Below are positions 57,737-64,000 of a DNA stretch of 64,000 nucleotides, piece after piece. The notes below the pieces were generated by a model that searched no databases, had not been told where the DNA came from, and saw only the letters and a program-made list of their open reading frames with translations. How positions within the stretch are numbered: the stretch's first letter is position 1; every line of letters starts with the position of its first letter. The stretch lies in the NCBI RefSeq assembly GCF_009914755.1, contig NC_060936.1; one strand, given 5' to 3'. Source of the DNA: the human T2T-CHM13v2.0 reference genome, Homo sapiens. A program made the position numbers and the translations under genes.

Positions 57737-58849
57737 CTTTCACTTCACATCCTCAACACTGGTATTGTCTGTTTCGTTTTAGTCATTCTGGTCAGTGTTC
57801 TGGGAACACAACTAAAATTACACTGTCATCCTTTATCTTTTTACTTGGATATCTCCATCACAAGTTTTCAGGCATCCATTCTACAACCTAAGAAACTAAG
57901 GCCCAGAGAGACTGGGCCAATGCCCAATGTCACAAGTCTGTAAGTATTCTTTACACACAGAAGTCTCTGATGGGTGATGTTCTTATAGCCTGAGGGCAGG
58001 CTGCCTTCTTTTAAAAGAGTTGGAAACGCTTCCAGATAATTAATGCAAATTGCTCATATAACCAGAGAGTTACTCAGGCACACACATGTGTGAGCACACA
58101 CACAGACATGCACATTCAACATTTCTAACTGGAAGGTTTAATTTGGAAGCACACCGCTGTTAGCTAAATGATCCTGCAACCAACAGCCACACATCTCTCC
58201 CTTATCTCCCTTTGGTTAAACATTTGGAAATGACTTTCAAATGGGGTTGGCACAAATGACAGCTCTTCATTTTACCTTGTTTCTGTGAATGCCATTTGTG
58301 TGAATGTTTTATGGTTCTGTTAATTACCTTCATCAAGAGGTTATTCTTGCTAGCCTACAAAATAAGCTAAAGATAAAATAAAATAAAAAATAAAGAAGTT
58401 ATTTTATTGTTTCTAGAGAAGTAAAGTCACAAATGTAAATATTCTGAGGCAGCAAATTTATTCAGCAAACTAAAATTAGGAGTTCTTGATTCTGTATGAA
58501 TCAATGCATATATTTAAAATGTTGTGTTATTTCAGTTACTATCAGTATCTCAAAATATTTTTCAGGCACAGGTCTACGCATGAAAAAACTGAGGCAGGTG
58601 CTATGCTTTAAAAGCAGACTGGAAGTTCAAAAGATGTGTGCTCTGGCATTTAGACAATGCCTTTAACTTCTCTGGGCCTCAGTTTGCTCATCTCCAAAAC
58701 GGGAAGTTATAACACTATCTATCTATTAGTATTGTTATGAGGTTACATAGAATATTTCATCAAAAGATCTGACAGTAATAATGCACAAGGATTGCTAAGT
58801 GATGACTGAGAGCTAAGGAATTCTGCATGATGAGGAACTGCATAAAGAG

Positions 58850-59100
58850 CTTACAGCATATGGCTAAGAGTTTAAGTCCTGGGGCAGTATTACCTAGGTG
58901 TATGTTCTGACTTTACCAGTTACTAGCTGTGCAGCTTTGAGTAAGTCACTTATACCTTCTGTGTCTCAGCTTCTGTGTCTCTAAAATGGGTAGCAATAGC
59001 AACAGTTTTATGGTGTTGTGAAGACGAAGGAGATAATCCAAGAGATCTGCTTAGAACAGACCCTGACACATAGTTGCTGAGGGAATAATAAATGTTAGCT
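58850..59100 (+). mobile_element. MIR SINE
   Basis: ACAGCATATGGCTAAGAG...TACTAGCTGTG...TCTCAGCTTC...AATAAATGTTAGCT. Confidence 0.75.
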
Positions 59101-59779
59101 GCAAACAGGTGTGGATTTACCCCAGGATGACCAGTGATGCATGGTGATGACCTGACAGTGTGAAAATAGGCTGATTTCCTTTGTTGCATTTCACCTGTCC
59201 CAACCTGGCCAGCACCCTTCCCATCTAATTTTTCTTCCACCGCAGTCATCCAAATGGAAGATAAATGCCTTAATTATGAATAAAAATGGAATGTTTCTCT
59301 CCTAGGTGTCAATAAAAATGATTATTTTTTTCCTGAGGAAATAAAATATTCTTTAGCCCTCCTGGCAAATCTCAGCTTTCAGAGTCTTGCTGTGCTCAGC
59401 ATGAGGGCTTGTCACTTGCTAAGAAGCTCAACATGCATGTGCCTCCGTGGCTCTCAGTGCAGCGAGGGGCCTCTGCAACAACAGCCATCAATATTCCAAC
59501 ATGGACCAGTATCTCACCTCAGAGTCCTTACAAAATGAGTGCCAGCAGGGACAGCCTCTTAGGGCAGAGCCGCCAAGACATTGCTTTGATGGCAACACAT
59601 CTCCACCTTACCACTGCCTTGCTGTGGGTGGGACAACTCAATTCCAGGATGTGGGGAGAAGCCCAGATTTGGGAACCAGTAGGGCCTGGGTTCAAATCCC
59701 AGCTCCACCGCTTAGAGTAGCATGACTCAGGGCTGGTTATTTACCCCCTCTGGACTTACCTCAACATCTCATATGGAGG

Positions 59780-60003
59780 GGTGAGAATACTTACCTCAAT
59801 GACTATAGTTAGCAATACAATTTCAAGTAGCTAGAGGATATTGAATGCCCCCAGAATGAAGAAATGATCAGTGTTTGAGATGATGGATCTGCTAATTACC
59901 CTGATCTGATTATCATATATTATATGTATCAAAACATCATTATGTACCCCCATGAATATGTAGTTATTGTCAATTTAAAAAATTTAAATAAATAAATATT
60001 TTA
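59780..60003 (+). mobile_element. L1MA/MB 3'-end fragment inserted in a MIR
   Basis: ACTATAGTTAGCAAT...GCTAATTACCCTGATCTGAT...ATGTACCCCCATGAATATG, with A-rich tail. Confidence 0.8.
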
Positions 60004-60714
60004 AAAGAATATTTCAGAGGTCATTGTGAAAGAATAAATGAGATAAAGTAGGTCAAGCACTTCTGCCAGTAGCAGGCACATAGGAGCTACGATTATAATT
60101 TTCCAACCCTCAGCACTAATATATCTGGACCATTCCACATACCAATTGCCCAAGAACAGTGAAAGAAGTGGAGGTTCCTGGGAAGATCTGGGATGGCATC
60201 TTTCCTCCTGCTTGGTGGAGCATAGAAGAAATTGGGTTTTTAGTCCAAAAAGACCCCACATTATCAGAACCTCGTCAGTTTAGGCTGGAGGAAGTAGAGC
60301 TTGCCTTAGCACAGCTCAATCACCTTTCATCTTTGCTTACAAACTAGCCAGATTTCCTTATCATAGAAGTGTGCTAAAAACATCAAGAAGCAGCCAACAC
60401 ACATCATTGTTCTGATTTTTTTCAACCACTTCCCCTAGAGGTATAGGCTCAGGAGACCCATGGTCTCACATCCAAGGTTGTTGCAGGCAACAGTTTACAA
60501 ATGTTTCACCACGTCAGAAGAAAGGCCACCAACTTCCCAGCCTGCAATCTCTTCATCCCCATTGTCCAACACTCAACACCTGCCTGGAAAGCCAAGAACA
60601 CACATTTGGGGGCCAGTGGTGGGGGATGTTACAACAGTGTTTCATTTCTGCTTCCAAGTCCACATTAGAAAGGATTCAGGTTTCCACTGTTGTCACATAT
60701 CAGAAACTGAAATA

Positions 60715-60940
60715 GGATAAAGGCTCTGGAGTCAGATAGTTGGGTTTCATCCAGACTCCACCATTTACTACCGCATGACCTTAGACATATTAATTAAGTG
60801 CTCTGAGCCTCAGTTTATTCATCTGTAAAATGGAAACCCTCCTTATAAGGTTGTTGTGAGTTTTAAATGAGTTGATGTAAAGCACTTGGTGCCAGGAATG
60901 TGATAATCTCTTTGTAAATGTTAGATCTCGTTATTACTAA
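60715..60940 (+). mobile_element. MIR SINE
   Basis: GGCTCTGGAGTCAGA...CTCTGAGCCTCAGTTTATTCATCTGTAAAATGG. Confidence 0.8.
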
Positions 60941-61304
60941 ACAGTTATTATGTGCTAGGCATTGTGCTACTTGTTGGAAAGATCATGGTACACAGGCTAT
61001 CCATTGTCCGTGTCCTCAAGGAGTATACAGTATAGAAGCACAAATATTAAACACATAATTACACAGATAATTATTCATACAGCAAGAATGCTTAATGCTA
61101 TGAAGGAGATGTTCCAGATCGTTCACATCCTTGGTAAACTATGGCTTCTAAGTGGAAGGGAGTATTGCTGAGGTGATCTAATGATACAGAACCAACATTT
61201 GTAACATTTTCCATGGAAATAAATCTAGAAAATTCAACTCTTTACTCATTCCATTTTACATAATGCTTTAAAGTAGTTTGCATTTCATTTTCACATCTGT
61301 ACAG

Positions 61305-61560
61305 AGGCAGGATGATGTTGTGACCAAGAATAGCCTCATCTATCAGACTGCCTGGGTTCAAACTCAGGCTCTACCACTGACCAGCTCTGTGACCTTAGTC
61401 AGTTTCTATACTTCTGTGTGCTTCAGTTTCCTCATCTGAAAAATAGAAATAATAGCTCCACCATGTTATTGGGAAGGTTAAATTAACTGATACCCCTAAA
61501 CTACTTAGAACAGTGCTTAACACCTAGTAGGTGCTCAGTAAATAGTAGCTCTCATTATTT
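61305..61560 (+). mobile_element. MIR SINE
   Basis: CTGCCTGGGTTCAAAC...CTTCAGTTTCCTCATCTG...CTTAGAACAGTGC. Confidence 0.8.
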
Positions 61561-61598
61561 TCTCTTTTGAACTTCTCTACACAGAGAAAGGTAAGGTA

Positions 61599-61678
61599 TT
61601 AGGCTGGTGCAAATGTAGTTGCGGTTTTTGCCATTGAAAGTAATGGCCAAAACAGCAATTACTTTTGCACCAACCTAA
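61599..61678. mobile_element. MADE1 (Hsmar1-derived 80-bp MITE)
   Basis: TTAGGCTGGTGCAAA...TTTGCACCAACCTAA palindrome, 80 bp, TA TSD. Confidence 0.95.
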
Positions 61679-62277
61679 TAATTATTGTCTTCATTTTATG
61701 GATGAGAAAACTCAGACTCCAAGGAATAAACTAGTGAAAAAGATCAGACCAAATCCAGGTCTCCCAGCTCCCCACGTATTGTTCTTTCTCTACCACCAAT
61801 GGCCTCTCAATTGACAAAATGATGTTATCTTTGAAAAAGTCAACACATAAAGAGTGTAGGCTAAAGTGTTTCATGAGGAGAGAGGGTGTCATGACACGTA
61901 ACTGGAACTGAGTAAAGTAGCAAAAGAAAGAGAAGAGAAGCCAAAGGTTTTGTTTTTAAAGATAAATGAGTAGCAAACAAACTGGCTTAGAATGAGAGAG
62001 GTTAAGAATATTTTCCTGCATAATTAAATCTCTAAAGATTTGGTTAGAGCATCATTGTTTACATCAGGTTAAAACAAAAGATCACATTAGCAATCGCACA
62101 AGCTTATATGCAGTGCCTTATCCACACAACAACATTAATAAGTCAGTTTTAGAGAGTCTAATCAAACTGTTCCTGTAAGATAAAAGAAGCAGACATTTAG
62201 AGGGCAAAACTTTGAATGCAGTACACACACAGAACTGCATTTTCTATTTCTATCACCAGTACTTACATAGGAATTAT

Positions 62278-62482
62278 CATTTTTTCTTTATTTTTTCAAT
62301 TCTGGTGAAATATCCATAACATCAAATTTACCATCTTAACCATTTTAAGTGTGCAGCCCAACAGCATTGAAGACATCCTCTTATTGTGCAACCATCACCA
62401 CTGTCCATTTCCAGAACTCTTTTCTTCTTGCAAAACTGAAACTTTGTCCCCATTAAACAATAGCTCCTCAATTCCTCCCTCA
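62278..62482 (-). mobile_element. L1MB 3'-end fragment
   Basis: ATAACATCAAATTTACCATCTTAACCATTTTAAGTG...TGTGCAACCATCACCAC...TTGCAAAACTGAAAC. Confidence 0.85.
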
Positions 62483-64000
62483 GAATTACAATTCTTAAAT
62501 CAAGTAAGTTTTTGAATCAAGATCATTTTCTTTCAACTACTTAGTTTTTGTTTGTTAAAACAACATTTACTACGATTTAAAAGCTTTTTGAGAATTCCAA
62601 TATGATGCAGTTTATCCTAATCAGAAAGGCATCCTTATTCACTTCAAAGCATTTGGAGACTGATCCCTGTCTAAGACTATGCCATCATTTTTATGGCTGC
62701 AACCAACCATAATTTCTATTTTAGAAAGTTGAACAAGAGAAGAGAGTTGTCTGTAAATCCAGACCAGATGACAAGAACAGAAGTTTCTGGAATCCATTAC
62801 AGGAACGGCTTATCGCCTGATGTCAGTCCCATTTCCATTCAAACAGTATAAAGAAGGGGAAGTTTCCTGAATACACAAAACCCATCGACTATCTGGTAGG
62901 GCTGGGAGAATGTGCTGGTCACCCCAACCCACACCCCATAATTATGCCTTCAAACATGTCTGCCACACAAGGCAGAATATTCTAGCTGCTATCAGAGCCC
63001 TCAGACAGACTTTATAACATCCAGTTCAACAGATAACAAGTCACAAAGAGACACTATTCTTTGCAAATGACAAAGAATTTTTCATCTCAGGCTTTTAATG
63101 TGTAAGGGCATATATTTCGAAGGGAAAGCTTTTATTACTGCTAATCAAAGAAAAGAGGCTTTTCTAAAAAGCAAAATTTATCAGGAGTTTCTACAGGACA
63201 AACGGTGTGACCCAGGGCTTTGTTCCTGGAGAAGACGTGTCTTTGAGGACAATAGAAACCGCAACAGGATTGTCTGATGGTCCTCCTCCCCATAGGCACA
63301 AGGCAGCCCCTTACAAATGGGCTCCCACCCTGCTGCGGAGGTAGTGATGAAAACAGTCAATCATCTCACATTTATTTGGCATTGTGTGGTTCCCCCGGGT
63401 ATCACTTCTCTGCTCTGAGCTTTGTAGGCACCGCTGTTCTGCTTGCTAATGACATTAGCAATGGGATGATGTCTCATCTATGGGCAGTGACCATTTTTAG
63501 CAAATGCACTTGGTGTGGAAAGCTCCAAATTCACTAAATGATACACATTCAAAGGGTTCCTTTAGAGTAAACTGTATTCCCACCATTTTTTTACTTTAAA
63601 AAGAACTGAGGTAGAAATATCCTTCTGTGCATGTGTGTGTGTGTGGGGGAGTGTGTGTGTTTCATCCTATGTGCCCTGCTTATTGATTACACATCGAGCA
63701 CTTTGACTCTTTTCCCTTTTCTTAAGGAAATTGGGTCAGGGCTCACTGTAGCCTGACCACCCTGCTTCTCTGGTGAAGCCTACCTCCTTAAGCTCTGGCT
63801 ACAAAAATTTTTTTCCATCTGCTGGCCTCAAAGATTTGATGAAAATAAAAACATCAGAAGCATCTCGTTCAGGCAATACTCACTTGTGAAATATTCACTT
63901 TAATGACACCGTAATGCTGCACCCCTTGGTGTGCCATTTATTGTGAGACTTAATCAAAGGCAAAAGGAAAGAAAGACGCCTGGCTTAGGGGCAGGTGCTT

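Overview
Primate (human-like) genomic DNA, AT-rich and dominated by repeats. I can support no intact host protein-coding gene, RNA gene or CRISPR array; nearly all ORFs in the track are chance or repeat-derived frames. Main content: (1) a near-full-length, inactivated L1PA element (about L1PA6, 14043-20200, +) whose ORF2 RT region carries a short telomeric (CCCTAA)n insertion between two copies of a 20-bp duplication; (2) a processed pseudogene of SINHCAF/FAM60A (about 20874-23810, +) with an Alu in its 3'UTR; both sit inside an ancient L1M; (3) a minus-strand L1M/L1MA with both ends and a TSD but a large internal deletion, carrying a nested L1 and THE1; (4) nested LTR stacks (MLT2/MST/Tigger3, MER21/MST/Alu, MLT2/THE1/MER50/MER51); (5) about 14 Alus, including an Alu-in-Alu inverted pair with a 12-nt spacer and a young AluY with an internal deletion; plus MIR, L2, MADE1, MER elements and microsatellites. 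I found no new multi-gene system. The most notable signals are scars of DNA repair and retrotransposition. Subfamily names come from my recall of consensus sequences, and boundaries of old elements are approximate.
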